Shown here: in pieces, positions 40,095 through 53,032 of the stretch
Numbering within the stretch: the first letter of the stretch is position 1
How the letters are laid out: the number at the start of each line of letters is the position of its first letter
DNA from: Bispira polyomma
Lineage: Eukaryota
Length of the DNA stretch: 64,000 bases
Reading direction: 5' to 3'
NCBI GenBank assembly: GCA_965649765.1
Contig: OZ287748.1
Coordinates: 34,658,001 to 34,722,000 of the forward strand
The notes under the pieces: generated by a model
The model's input: only the letters and a program-made list of their open reading frames with translations
Databases searched by the model: none
What the model was told of the DNA's origin: nothing
Program-made: the position numbers and the translations under genes

Positions 40095-42873
40095 ATGCTT
40101 TTTTTGGGCTTGGGCTATCAATTCCCCATTTTGTAAACTTATGTTATGACTAACTTTTAGAAATTAATAAAATTGATTCCCAAGTCGTTAACTCCCATCT
40201 TTTCAATTCTCATTTATTTCCTGGACGAGATTCTGACTGAATAATAATATATGTCACTGAGAGACATGGTGGTTGGAAATACGTGCCAAGACCTTCAACT
40301 GTATTTCATATTTGACTAACAGTACATTTATTTTTACATCAGTAAAACCTCCACTTTCCAAGATCTGGAACAGCTGCAAGGATATACAAAACAATCTATG
40401 TACTGTTATTTATGTCAAAGTTATTTTTAGCTATTCAGTCATTGCATTATGTAGTCACTATTGCTTATCATTTATTTTACTTCTTAGATATTTTAAAATA
40501 GTAGCTTTAAAGTTTATGAGGCTTTTCATACAATCGCTTCCATCTTTATTGTTTTTATAAACCTCATACGCTGGTAAACAAGATTCATTCCTGGTTCAGG
40601 TGTTCTTATTTAAGTTAACCTGATATTCTCATGTTATCATAGCTCAATCTATTCCTGTGTTTAAAAGTAATGTTGTCAATCCTATAATGTACTCATGTAC
40701 CATAAAAGTTGATTGCATCATATTAATTATTTCTGGTTTTCAGATTTATGTAAAAAAAAAAACCCATACAAATTCAATAGCTCAACATGTGTTGTACATC
40801 ACACATTGTCAATATTTCTGTACCTTATTGATATATCAATTTTTTACCTGAGTTTGATTTCTATATATCCATTGAATCCATAATTCTGGGTGTCAGTTAC
40901 AATATGTGATTTTGATGATAGAATGATATATTTTGTTTTACAGATTTTTTTTAAAGTTTTTATTGTCATAACATGTCTTTGTAGTCAATGCGATATTAGA
41001 GTCCCAGGTTTTTTTATGATATACCATCGATAGAAACAGAATGCTTCTGTATAGCCTTCCTGAAGGCTTGAGTTTTGTCAAAACCTGTGTTCTGTGTTCA
41101 ACAATTTTAGAAACATGCACATTTAACATGCACATTTAATTTAGCAGAAAGCACTATTAACATCCAAATATTACTCTTGTTGCAGAATACAAGTATCATA
41201 AGGGGAAATTATGCATGCATAGTTGTGGCACTTAGAAAAATTTGTAGAAACAAAGTAAATCCACTAACTCATTAGCTTTACACATCTATTAGCTCAACGT
41301 TATATAGGAATTTAACTATTTATCATTTCAGTTTAAGGTTTACTTAAATGTTTAACTATAACTTCGTCAGCTTCTGTGGATTGGGCTGTATACTGTGTGC
41401 ACATAGGTGAATTTAATTCCAAGCCCATAATCATATAATCTTTATTAGTGAGGAAACCTTGGGATAAAATTTTACATTGTGAAGCTGTATCCCCAATAAC
41501 CAACAACAGATGATCATTGACTCGTGTTGAATATTTTGAAACAAGAAGTAATTAGTTCAGTGTGGAGTTACAGTCTGAATAGGTACTGCTGTAGAGAAAT
41601 AGTAAAAACTTGCAATATGAGTTACAGTATAACTTTCAGTTGCTTTTTTTGTAACATAAAACTCGATGCTTAAGATAATAAAATGATGACCTGAATAGAT
41701 GCCAGAACTTTGTATATTTGAACTGACAAGAGATATTGGAGATGAACACTTGTTTCCAACATAACCTATCTTCAAAGTACACACAATAAGTTACAGTAAT
41801 AGACGTTACTTACAGCTAGTGCTTCCTTTTCTGCACATTTCTGTAGTGTGTGTAAACAAATGTGCTTATTATTGTGGATCTATTTATGAAAATATTTGAA
41901 TTATTTTTAATATTGAGATCAAAATTGTCTTGGGCTGGTCTTCTATTTTTATTTAAGTGTCAGAAAAAAATCAATGACACAAAAAAATAAATATACAAAC
42001 AAATCTGTAGACATTACTGTGTTGACAACAAACCATCATCGATTTTCTCACCCTATTATGTGAAAATATACTTTCGTTGCAGCCAGGAAAGCTCTTTGAA
42101 TAATAATAAAGGGAGGAGTAAATATGGGGTTAATAGGGAGAATTCACCAAGGAGACAGTGATTTGCATTGTGATGGTGGGCTGAGTAGGTTACCCACTGG
42201 GAGATGCTGTATTTTGGGTGCTACAGATAATATGTCAATGCTTGTGGCAGGACAATATATAAAGATATTTCATCTTCAAGAGGTTGTACAGAATTTGTAA
42301 GATTTCTCGGATAAGCAGATATAAGATGTCTGTAAAGTTTTAACAAGAGTATCGAACTAGGTGGGTCAATTGTAAATACTGATAATTACCAGTAGTCATT
42401 AAATAAAGAAAATTACTATTTTATAATTTCATTTAATTATTCCATGTATATTAAATTTTAATGGTTATTAAATGGCTGCTAGGATATTATTTTTCATTTG
42501 GCCTGCAAAATCTAGGATGAACCATTCGGATTGGTTCAAGAGAACCTTTGTATGACATTTTACTTTATTTTATGATATGTTGGTGTTATATAGTTCATTA
42601 TTGCCATGCACCTTTCTGTGAAAGAAATTTTAACTGCTAAAATATTGGTGGGCTGACGCCTATGCGGCAGCCCCCTCAGTTCTGGTGGCAGGTCACTGGG
42701 GGGCCAATTAGGCCACCTGGGGTCATGAGGGCAAGTATAAAAGGGTTTGCCGCCAATAGGCGCCATCATTAATTTAAAAAACTTTGCTGGAACAAGAGTG
42801 TTTTACAACTGGGCCTTTACTACCCCTACTATTGTTTTTAAACCTCATTTTAAATTATACATTATCTGTGATT

Positions 42874-43781
42874 ATGCCTAATAAGGAATATCCGTGTAGT
42901 GTATGTTCTGGCAGACATGAACAGCCGGTTGGGAAAAAATGTCGTTATAGCTTGGTAGACAGCGTCGCTGATGAAGTGGCTACCGTCGGTCCTGCTACTC
43001 CAGAAGTCTCGGATCCTGTTTCCAGCCTTATACTACAACAACTGGTGGCCATGAATGAGAAGATGGATAGCATGGATCGACGAGTACAAGCTACTGAGGC
43101 GGCGCTGTGCACTCCAAGCGCCAGTAAGGCATGTAATCTTTCTTCTAAAACTGATTCTAGTGCAACCAAGGTTACTGAACCCGTGGCTGAGGCCGTTATA
43201 CCCTCTCTAGAATACTTGCGTAATAATGAAGGTTTGCAATCTCAGGTTGATCAGCGGCTACTGCAATTACAGCAGTTAAACGATATTACCGGAGGTAAAT
43301 TTAAGTCTCAAAGGGGTGGTGCTGAGGCCCCATAAAAAGAAATGTGGACTGGCCACAAAATTTTGTCTTATCTGGCGTCAAAAAAGTTAGACCCACGTAT
43401 GATGACCTTTCTCTGGTTCAGTTTATATCTGGTTTTATTCGTTGCATTCAAGAGCAAAAAGTCCATACTGCCCGAGAGGCTATGTTAGACTATCTCGTGA
43501 ATTTAATGGACAACGCCCATGATTTCTCTTGGGACGCCGCTAAAGCTTCACATGCCATATTGCTTACCAATATGAAACTGGATCGTCTCAATTGGACAGA
43601 CACTGACAAGGTCGACCGGATATGCCGTGCTCATGCACAACGTCATATACCCTCGGCATCTAGTGGGTCTAGCTCTTATAAAACCAGTAGTAATGGTAAA
43701 AACAAAAGTCAAGGTAAATCAAATGGTGTCAATTGTCGTTTCTTCCAGGAAGGAACATGTAACTTTAGTGCTAGCCATCGC
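42874..43781 (+). pseudogene. gag ORF1; 1-nt deletion near 43330 and 3' end deleted
   Basis: MPNKEYPCSVCSGRHEQPVGKKC...GKFKSQRGG, then WPQNF...CRFFQEGTCNFSASH. Confidence 0.9.
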
Positions 43782-46163
43782 ATGTTTGTTTTAATTCTCG
43801 TGTGTGTGTAAAGCCAAGTGTACGACGTTCCTATCGGGACGTGTTGATAAAAAAGACAATGGGTGCCCCAAAAACTTTCAGTAGAAAACCCAGTGTGGGC
43901 GAAATTTGGGAAACAAGCCAAACTGAATCCCAACCAGTTAAAGTTGCTCTCAAAACGTTTGCATATGGGGGTAAAAACGTGGGCTGTTAACCCGTTGTTA
44001 ACAATCAAGTGCTTTCCAAAAATAATATGCCAACCAAGAGCTGTGACCATTTCAATTCAGTTAATATGTCAAGCAAAGGTGACGCCTCCATTGTGAATTC
44101 CAAGTTAAATGGTGTCAAACAAAACCACGAGAGAAAAAGGGCCCCCATTGTTGAAACAATTAAGTCCAGCTCGGTGAAAAACAGCAATCAACCCGGCGAG
44201 TTTCAATTAGCCCTTCATAATAGGTTTGATTGTTTGGATATCCCTTGTGTAGAAACAAATGGTGTTGTCGACGACCAAGGGGGGGGGGGGGGGCAAAGCG
44301 GGTGAAAAGACTGCGCCTCTGCCCAAACAAGCTACTACTAAATTGATTCATTGTGATGATAAGTATGCCTTAGACCTCCCTAAAGGCCCTGACAAAAGAA
44401 AACACTTGAATGATGCACAAGACTGCGTGACTTACAAATTGTGGGACATCCAAAATAGTGGTAAATATGGGTTTATTCCGGTGAGTGATTGGGGTGACCC
44501 TGTGAAAGACCATTCTGGTGACAGGCTAACAATGGATGTGTTCACCATGCACAAATATCTTAAATTGGATGGGCGTCCTAACTATAAAGGACTTCAGATA
44601 CCCGTTAGTACACAACTTAATGCCCCTGTGTGGGCCAAGTATCTAGTAGACTACTGGAATTGGGAGCTTCCTTTATTGATAAAATTCGGGTTCCCCCTTG
44701 ATTGTGATAGAAAACATGAGCTTAAGTCAGAACTTAGTAATCACTCTTCTGCCACCCAGTACCCTGATCATGTGACACACTATCTAACGGAAGAATGTCA
44801 GTTCGGTGCTATGTACGGACCATTTACAGTCCCCCCCATTGGGGATATCCACACTTCACCTTTCATGACCTGACATAAATTGAGCTCGGTTAACTGACGG
44901 GTAATCATAGATCTGAGTTGGCCACAAGGCCATTCGGTTAATCCTGCGGTTTGTTCCAACTCGTAGTTAGACAAAGAACTTGTGCTTACCTACCCGTCTA
45001 TTGATACTATCACCAGTCAAGTCTTGGCCATGGGTAGGGGATCACTCATATTTAAGGCCGACATTAGTCGGGCATTCAGGCACGTGACCATCGATCCGAA
45101 AGACATAAATCTATTAGGTTTGTACTGGGATGGGTATTACATTGATGGGTCACTACCTTTTGGCTATCGACACGGCTTGGTTATTTTCCAGCGAATTTCG
45201 GACGGAATAAGGTACACAATGGAGAGTGAAGGTCACCACATTACCAACTACATCGACGATATCTTATGTTGCTCTATTCCTTCGAAAATACACAAAACAT
45301 ATGACCGATTACAAGCACTGTTAGTAGAGCTGGGTTTAACCCTAAGCCAGAAGAAGCTGGTTCCCCCCTCTACCAGAGTAACGTGCCTGGGCATTGTTAT
45401 AGACACCATACAGTTCACCACCTCCACAGGAGAAAATGGCTGCCATTCAGACTATGTGTAGTAAGTGGGTGACCAAAAAATCTTGTACCAAACGGGAACT
45501 TCAGTGCTTACTTGGTTCCTTACTTTATGTTTCTAAGTGTGTCAAATATTCACGTTTTTTCTTGAATCGAATGTTGCAACTCCTTAGAAGCAATCATAAC
45601 AGTAAAACCATGAAAATCACCCCCGAGTTTCGCAGAAATCTGAACTGGTTTGTGGCGTTCCTCAATAAGCATAATGGGGTAACCTTTTTTCACCATGTCC
45701 CCACTACTGCCACCATAGAATTAGATACCTGTCTCACTGGTATGGGTGGAGTATATGGGCAGCAAGTTTATTTTCTCCCCATACCTGCCTCCATGCAGAA
45801 TCAAAACATCGCCTCATTGGAAATGTTAAACATATATGTTGCTTTAAGGTTGTGGGTTGAACAGTGGGAGGGTCAAAAGATACTCATAAAGTGTGATAAC
45901 CAGGCTGTGGTTAGTGTCCTCACCCATGGTAGAACTCGTGACTGTGAGTTGGCTCTCTACTCACGCAATATATTTATGTTGGCCAGTCAGTTTGACGTTA
46001 AGCTAAAAGTCATACATATTCTAGGTGAGAACAACACTGCTGCAGATTTGCTGTCCCGTTGGACTAACTCAGTAAAGGATAATGTTCTCTTGCAGGAGCT
46101 GGTGGGCTTGCCTCAGTGGTGTCCAGTCTCAAAACTACTTATTGCTCAATCATGAAATTTAAT
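43782..46163 (+). pseudogene. pol: RT plus RNase H, with stops and frameshifts
   Basis: KADISRAFRHV, LPFGYRHG, YIDD, LDTCL, LEMLN, CDNQ and NTAADLLSR. Confidence 0.95.
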
Positions 46164-46202
46164 GTATATATGTTGTTCTCCTGCCAGTGTTCTGTTTTAC
46201 AG

Positions 46203-47194
46203 ATAGAGATCTCCTGCAACAGTTATTATACAAAAATGCAACCAAGAAACTGCACCTGGCTTTCTGCAGATCAACTGACAGGTCCTACACAGCCATGCAA
46301 AGGCTGTATTTGGCTTATGCCTCTTTCATGAATCTGCCTTTTGACCAGGTGACAGTTTTTGACTTACTTGCCTTTTTAGAACTGTTGCAACACAATTCTG
46401 TAAAACCAGCCCATATGGCAAACTATCTATCTGCCATTAAGGCTAAATGTATTGTTTATAATGTTCCCTCAAATGCCTTCAGTGACCCACGCATTGCCTA
46501 TTACCAAAAGGCGGTACAGCTAGCTGCCCCCCTTCATGTTAAGCTAAAGAAAATTATTGACATACCCACTTTAACTCATATTGTTAAAATTTCTCTCACT
46601 ACTTATATGGGTGTGATGTTTAAAGCCGTTTACCTTGTCAGCTATTTTTCTTTTTTACGCTTGTCGAATCTAGTCCCCCATTCTGCTTTGCAGTTCTCAC
46701 CTCTTAAGCATCTGGCTAGGGCCGAAGTTATGATTCACAAGGATAAAGCTGTGCTCCTAGTGAAATGGCCAAAGACCATGCAAAGCAACAATCAAATCAA
46801 ATTAATCACTATTCCTAGGCTTTCGGGCTCCCCTCTCTGCCTGGTGAGGTCACTGGAGGACATTTTGCTGCTAACCTCCCCTGAGCCTAACTCCCCGTTG
46901 TTCCAATTCAAGGTTAATGGCAAGTGGTTGCCTCTAACTGATACTCGAGTGCGTCAGCATTTTAAAGATATCCTTGCTAGGTTGCAGCTAAAACATTCTG
47001 GCCTTACCTTTCACGCTTTCCGTCGTTCAGGTGCCACTTTTGCTTTCAATCATAATGTCAGCATTCAAAATATTCAAAATCATGGCACCTGGACGTCGGA
47101 CTGCGTGTGGAGGTACGTCACAGACTCGGTGGATGCTGGCCACCAAGTGGCTGACACCTTCAAACAGCATCTTTCCACTACTTCTTCCTCCTAA
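46203..47194 (+). CDS. Tyrosine recombinase, uninterrupted frame (probably exon 2 of a spliced Gag-YR mRNA)
   Basis: Open frame with FLRLSNL (R), KWPKT (K), HAFRR (HxxR) and HGTWTSDCVWRY (Y); preceded by the acceptor TCTGTTTTACAG. Confidence 0.88.
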
Positions 47195-50100
47195 GTCCTA
47201 TTGTTGGGCTTTGGGTGTTTGTAGTTAATAATACCTCATGCGTAACAGTTGAACTATTACGTAATTTCATTAAATTATTGCCTAGTCTAGTCTAAATGTA
47301 ATGTACTACATGCTAAGAATGTTAACCGTACTATCACTTGCACGTGGCACTATTACTTTGACTTTCTATTACTTTATTACTTGTCTGTCAATATCTTTAA
47401 TTTGACACCATTGTATAAAAGTGCAAGGGCTAAAGTTCAAACTCTCAGTCATAATTTATGGTCACCTTACTGTTGCTAATTGCCTACGGGCTGTGTGATT
47501 TCCATAAACAAGTAAATTTGCGTAAGGTGACCTTTAAATCTTTAATTATGTTACATAAAATATTTATGACTTTAAGTGACCTTAAGTCACTTACGTTGCT
47601 ATTTAAATTATAATTTACCTAAGGTGACCTTAAGTCACCCTGTTTAAGTTGTTATATTAAATTATAATTTACCTAAGGTGACCTTAAGTTGCCCCGTTTA
47701 AGGTGACCTTAAGTGTCACGCTGTATTAAAACTTATATGATGCAAGTCATCTTGTACATAGTAGTTTTAACACTTAGATTAACATAATAAATATTTTACC
47801 GCATTCTGTGTCATTTATATCTTGCCTTCTTGACCTCTGACCCCTCTGGCCTGTCACTCGGGGAAATGATGATCCAAATCATCACAGAAAACTCCCTATA
47901 AAAAGCTCCATTAATTATGGCTACTCACATCTCAGCACGTTTCATATTTAGTTCTCAATATATGTAAGTTGCCTTGGTACATGAATTAATATGATGAACA
48001 ATCTTTTTCCCCAGAAAGTACTCGGAAAGATGTGTTAAATAGTTGTCCATCAGAAAAACATCACCACACTAAAATCCCTTGCGTGCCACAGAAGTAGAAA
48101 ATGGAACAAACAGCATTCCATGCTGTGATCTTCTTACTCTACAAAAGGACACTAATGCTAAATGAAGGCCACTAAGAGGTCATATTGCAAACCAATAGTG
48201 ACTGCACAATATGCAGTAAATTGTTTATCTTGTGTTTGATATTCACAGTCCATAGGAAATGTGATGTTACTACTACAGTATATCCATAGCCAATAAAATG
48301 GGTATTTGTCTACCACTGGCAAAATTTGTTATCATCTCACTCCCCCATGGCATCCCTTAAGGTTTTTTGTTTGGCCCTCTCCTCTTCACCATGTTCAACA
48401 CTCCCCTTTGTAAATCTCTTAGTTTAGCGTCACTTATCAAGAATTATTCCCATGTTACAGGATTTTGTCATCCACATATTTACTACCATCACTTGTCTGA
48501 ATATAAAAATCTGCAACCTGATATCTGATTTTACTTATTACTTAAAAGATACAATGGCTCCTAATTCCCAGTTATCTTTAAAATCCATGTCAGTACTTTC
48601 AATGTTGTGGTCCTTCACCAGCGCTCTACCCTACTATCTTTAGCAACGTCAACAGACCAAACAACTCTCTGTTTCTTTTGTTAGACCCGACAGATGGACT
48701 GGAGTTAGGGCTTTTTAAAGACTGTCCCAATGTTATGGAACAAAAACATCCCAGTTGAGCCCAGATCACAAGAAGCACTTTTTGATTTAGGAGAAAAAGT
48801 AAATCCTATCTTTTAAAGCTTGCTGAACGACCCTTAATTGTTTTGTACTCACATGCTACTAAAATAAAATTAAAATAATTACAATTTAAAGATGGTCGTT
48901 TAGCTACCAATTTTGATCGGTATCTACGAACCTTTATTATAATTATGTCCCATCTTTTTGATTGGCTCCAGATTGTATCATACACATTCTAGTCACAATG
49001 TAATTACCAGGAAGTAAAGCATTTGAAGGCATATGTCATATAAGTATTATGCACATAATACTATGGCAGCAAAGTGACTGAATATCGACAGAATGACAAT
49101 TGTACCTTTTTTGTCTATCTAAAGTCTACAAAGTATTGCTTGACATCTTAGAAACATTGTAACATAATTGCATGATGTTCATTTTTTTCCAGAGAGATAT
49201 AAATCAATACCATGATAACCGACCAAAGCTATACATATAAAGGTGATGACCCAGCGTAAAGTGGTACTTATGACATTATTTAAGTTTAATATTGAGTGAC
49301 TTTTTGCATCTTAGCTTTCATAACAAACAGCTGTCCGTACAGGTATTATGCACATTATTAGCAATAAAGTTTTAAATTTCTATGGATTGATCGGTGGCAC
49401 AATTTATCATAATGCAAATGTTATTAGAATTAGTTTTTTTTTCTAAAAAGAATTTTTTGTTTGTTTCTGGAATCATTGGAAATTGATTATCTTTTCATTG
49501 CATATTTAATGATTAATAGAATGTGCCCCAAAAAGAGTTCCTATCAACAGAACTCCTTTTACTCCTTTATGTCTGATAAAAGTCTATTAAAGTGATATGA
49601 TAGATGCTGCCAAATAGCAATTGCCATTTACCATTTAATTAAAACAGGAGAATAGTGGGCAGAACTTAAAAGAAGGATTAAAAGAAATATCTTTACAACA
49701 CATTGTAAAAATAATTAACTGAAGCCTGTAAATGGAGGAAAAAATAAGAACGTAACAAGAACCAGACAACCAGACACTTTTAAGTCAGGGTCAAAATATC
49801 AGTGCAACAACGAAAAGGCACTTATCTGTGTGCTATAATTAAATTACAAGGTAATAATTTTCTGCACCTTTTATCTATTTACTTTTTTCAGGGGTGTATG
49901 TGATTAGTTAATAATGCCCTAAACTTTAGGTTATGATTTTACCCATGTATATTTGTTTGTCACCAAAATGCGAAAAAACTATATGGAATTTGGTGGAGAG
50001 ATGGAGTAAAGGCTAAGGAAGAATCCATCATGTAATGTAATGGGTATAAGTGCAGACCGAATTACTTTTTTTTTGCATTATGGCACCTTGGCAAGCACAC

Positions 50101-50845
50101 CATTAAATGGCCTTGTAGTTCACAATTTAGAATTTTTGCTCATTTTGGAAACTGCATAAGTTCTAAAAGTTCTAGTTACTATGTCATTTAAGAAAATCTA
50201 ACCCCACAAAGTAAAATAAGATCAACAGAAGTACTAGAAACAAAGTTCAACTTAATGCATAATTGCTACAAATATCAATACCTTGATTCCATACATGCTA
50301 TGGTATATTGAATTGCTAAAATGTCCTGTCTGAATTTTTATTTTAGATTATTTGTGCTCTAGAATATTTTATTAGTCATGAATAATATTTTTTTAACACT
50401 TTTCTGACTTTTGTCTATTTCCAGTGGTGCCGAAGATTAACAAAACGAGTATAACTGTGTTTCTGTGTTTTCTTGCACAAATAATTTTGTTGACAACTGA
50501 TAAATATTGGTACAACATTAAAAATATTTTCTTAAATCAGTGCAGTTTGGTTACACTTGTACAACTGTATCCAAAGTGACTGTAAAACATAGCAACAAAT
50601 ATAACTATGACTTTCACTTAGAAAAGGCAATGCGTCATCATCGTAAAGTCTGCCATTGGAAAAGTACAACTGATGTAATTTGAGATTTTTAGTCCAGATA
50701 TTCACTATTTTATATGTCTCTGTATGAAAGGTAATAATCAAAGGTCTAAAGAAAGCAGAAGAAACTTTCCTAGTAGAGTCTCCATTTATGTAGTATCTGG
50801 CATTTTGTGGCATTTTTTACAACTGTGTATGATTTTTTAATAGCC

Positions 50846-50990
50846 AGTTTATTGTTGGAGGAAACCAGAAGGGGATAGTGGGCAATTTTCAACTGTCGTC
50901 GGCAAGTCTACAACCAACTTTCTGACATACATTCAGTGTCTGAGGTTCACACTAACGACTGGCGAGGTAATAGGCCATTGTTACCTCTGC
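50846..50990 (-). mobile_element. Old decayed tRNA-SINE-like relic; paralogous copies near 22690-22860 and 33715-33870
   Basis: CCAGTTTATTGTTGGAGGAAACC is the reverse complement of a GGTTTCCTCC..AATAAACTG SINE core; a B-box-like GTGAACCTC lies on the minus strand. Confidence 0.55.
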
Positions 50991-51122
50991 AAAATAAAAA
51001 AAAAATGCTGCTAAGATTGAATCTCTTACAATTTTAAACTTTTTACATGCCATATTCCTATGGGAACAATATGCTATATTTGATGCACAAAACAGCTATA
51101 TTTTTTGCACAAAGACATATTC

Positions 51123-51944
51123 TGAAAAATTCAGTAAATACGGGAACCTACTGATTTGGTCAGTAAATATGCGTAATCTCTAAAAACTTCAGTTAATATG
51201 CGTATTTACTGAACTTTCGTCTCCATTATTTCACAAGTTTACTGGTTGTCATTTCAGTAAACTTATGTAATGTAAAAATTTAATTTGTTTATTTTTATGT
51301 TGAATTTAAAGTGTTTAATTTAGATTTCAGTTAATTTAGATTCAAAAGATAAATATCACTGTTTGGTAATTTTCATATATTGATCTTTTAGGTTAAATTA
51401 ATGACCACTTCTTTATAAAATTCTTTATAATGATGATAATAATGACAAATGTAGTAACTAAAAATACATAATGAACTTACCACTACCAGCCATTTATACA
51501 TGAACATATTTTTTTTGTAATAATATAATTAATTAAATATTTATGATCAGAGTTGAACATACTACATGACATGTAATGTATAAGAACATATTATTAAAAT
51601 TACCAAATCTATTTTAAAAGTTCTTTTCAAGTGTAAATATTATTAAGAATAATTGTAAGATTATTATTTTGTGTAATAAGTAAAGATGGACTCATTAATA
51701 ACTTGTAAAATCACCACCAACATATAATGATACATCATATGGATAAAAAAGACTTAATGTAAATAAGAATAAAGAATAATAATAAGACAATTCAGTAAAT
51801 ACGTGAACTTACTGGAGCTAAACATCAGTAAATATGCTTATTTACTGGAATTTTTAGGGATTACGCGTATTTACTGACCAAATCAGTAAGTTCGCGTATT
51901 TACTGAATATTCATATTTACTGATTTGACATATTTACTGTAACA
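51123..51944. mobile_element. MITE / non-autonomous DNA transposon with about 90-bp terminal inverted repeats
   Basis: 51123-51212 is the inverse of 51825-51913; internal TCAGTAAATA/TATTTACTGA subrepeats; right end TGTAACA; the outer left end appears lost. Confidence 0.85.
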
Positions 51945-52899
51945 TATAAATATATATCGAATGCCAGAAACATGATAAAAGGAGAGTTTCATTAACTGGA
52001 TCTCTCATATTTGCTAAACCTGACACCGGAAACTGGTAAGAGTAAACATGTATATAGTATAAATATAAATCTTTCAGTTTTAAATACTATTGTATATTGT
52101 TTCGAAACTGGCATAACTTGGCCTTTTGAAATGAATGTCATATTTTGTGTTTGCTTTGTCCTGTGTTTAGTAACTGAAACTTTACCATAAAGAAAGATCC
52201 AGTTTTTGTCATGCTGTGTAATTGAACACTAAATAATTGTTTATTTATGAAATTTACTTTGCTACTTAAAATATTTCCAGTTTTTTTATCGACTAGTAAA
52301 TCTGGTAAATGTGTCATAATGTGGATGAGGCAGATTAGATGGATGAGACAGAAACCACATAGGGATATCTGGTCTGTGCTTTTCCAAATAACATCGAAGG
52401 AATTTCAAGTTCATTGGGGAGTTAAATATAAACATGTTTTTTTCACATGAAAGTAAAAAAAATATTTGTTTTGAAATTATATACACAAAATAATTAGAGA
52501 GTTAATATTTGGGAATACAAATAGAACATAAGATAGATAGGGAGACTAAATAGATAACATCACGTAACATTAATACAGGTAGACAAATAATTGTTCTTAA
52601 ATAGTGCCTATGATACTTTTATAAACACTTGCACAAATATATTTGATTCCTGTTGCCCTGTTTAAAAAAAATACGTTTAAAGTAAAGTCTTAGGAAAGTC
52701 TCAGCCATGGTATAAAAAACTTTATTGAAACCAGTAGCAAGCATAGTCTTTTAAATACAAAATATATAAGAAATAAATTAACTAGCATATTAAGGCTGGA
52801 AGAAAAAAACCTATAATAATAAACTATTGTCTCTACACAAAAAATATATAAAATGGTACCTGGAAAAGTGAAACAGAGTTGCTAATTAGGCAATTAGGT

Positions 52900-53032
52900 A
52901 CAATCGCCACCCCCTTGGACTATCGCCACTGCCCCTTATCGTCACTTCCCTTATCGCCACTCCCCCCTATCGCCACTTTCCCCCCTCTATCGCCACTTCC
53001 CTCTATCGCCTTCCCCCTATCGCCACTCCCCC
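52900..53032. repeat. 17-19-bp minisatellite (CTATCGCCACTNCCCC)
   Basis: About 7-8 imperfect tandem units. Confidence 0.9.

Larger units (their letters stand above)
35414..40241 (+). mobile_element. YR retrotransposon, family B, near full length and decayed
   Basis: CCAAT near 35490 and TATATAAGC near 35512; gag, RT (YIDD), RNase H and YR; AATAAA at 40166; the 3' end is complementary to 35444-35482. Confidence 0.92.
42646..47868 (+). mobile_element. Ngaro-like YR retrotransposon, family A; most complete copy
   Basis: All domains are present. The joined flanks align with the uninterrupted paralogous segment at about 26190-26320, and no TSD is visible. Confidence 0.95.

Noticed and set aside
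46116-46202. DIRS-type methyltransferase domain after RNase H
   Set aside because: RNase H ends within about 40 nt of the YR start in all copies, leaving no room and no motif.
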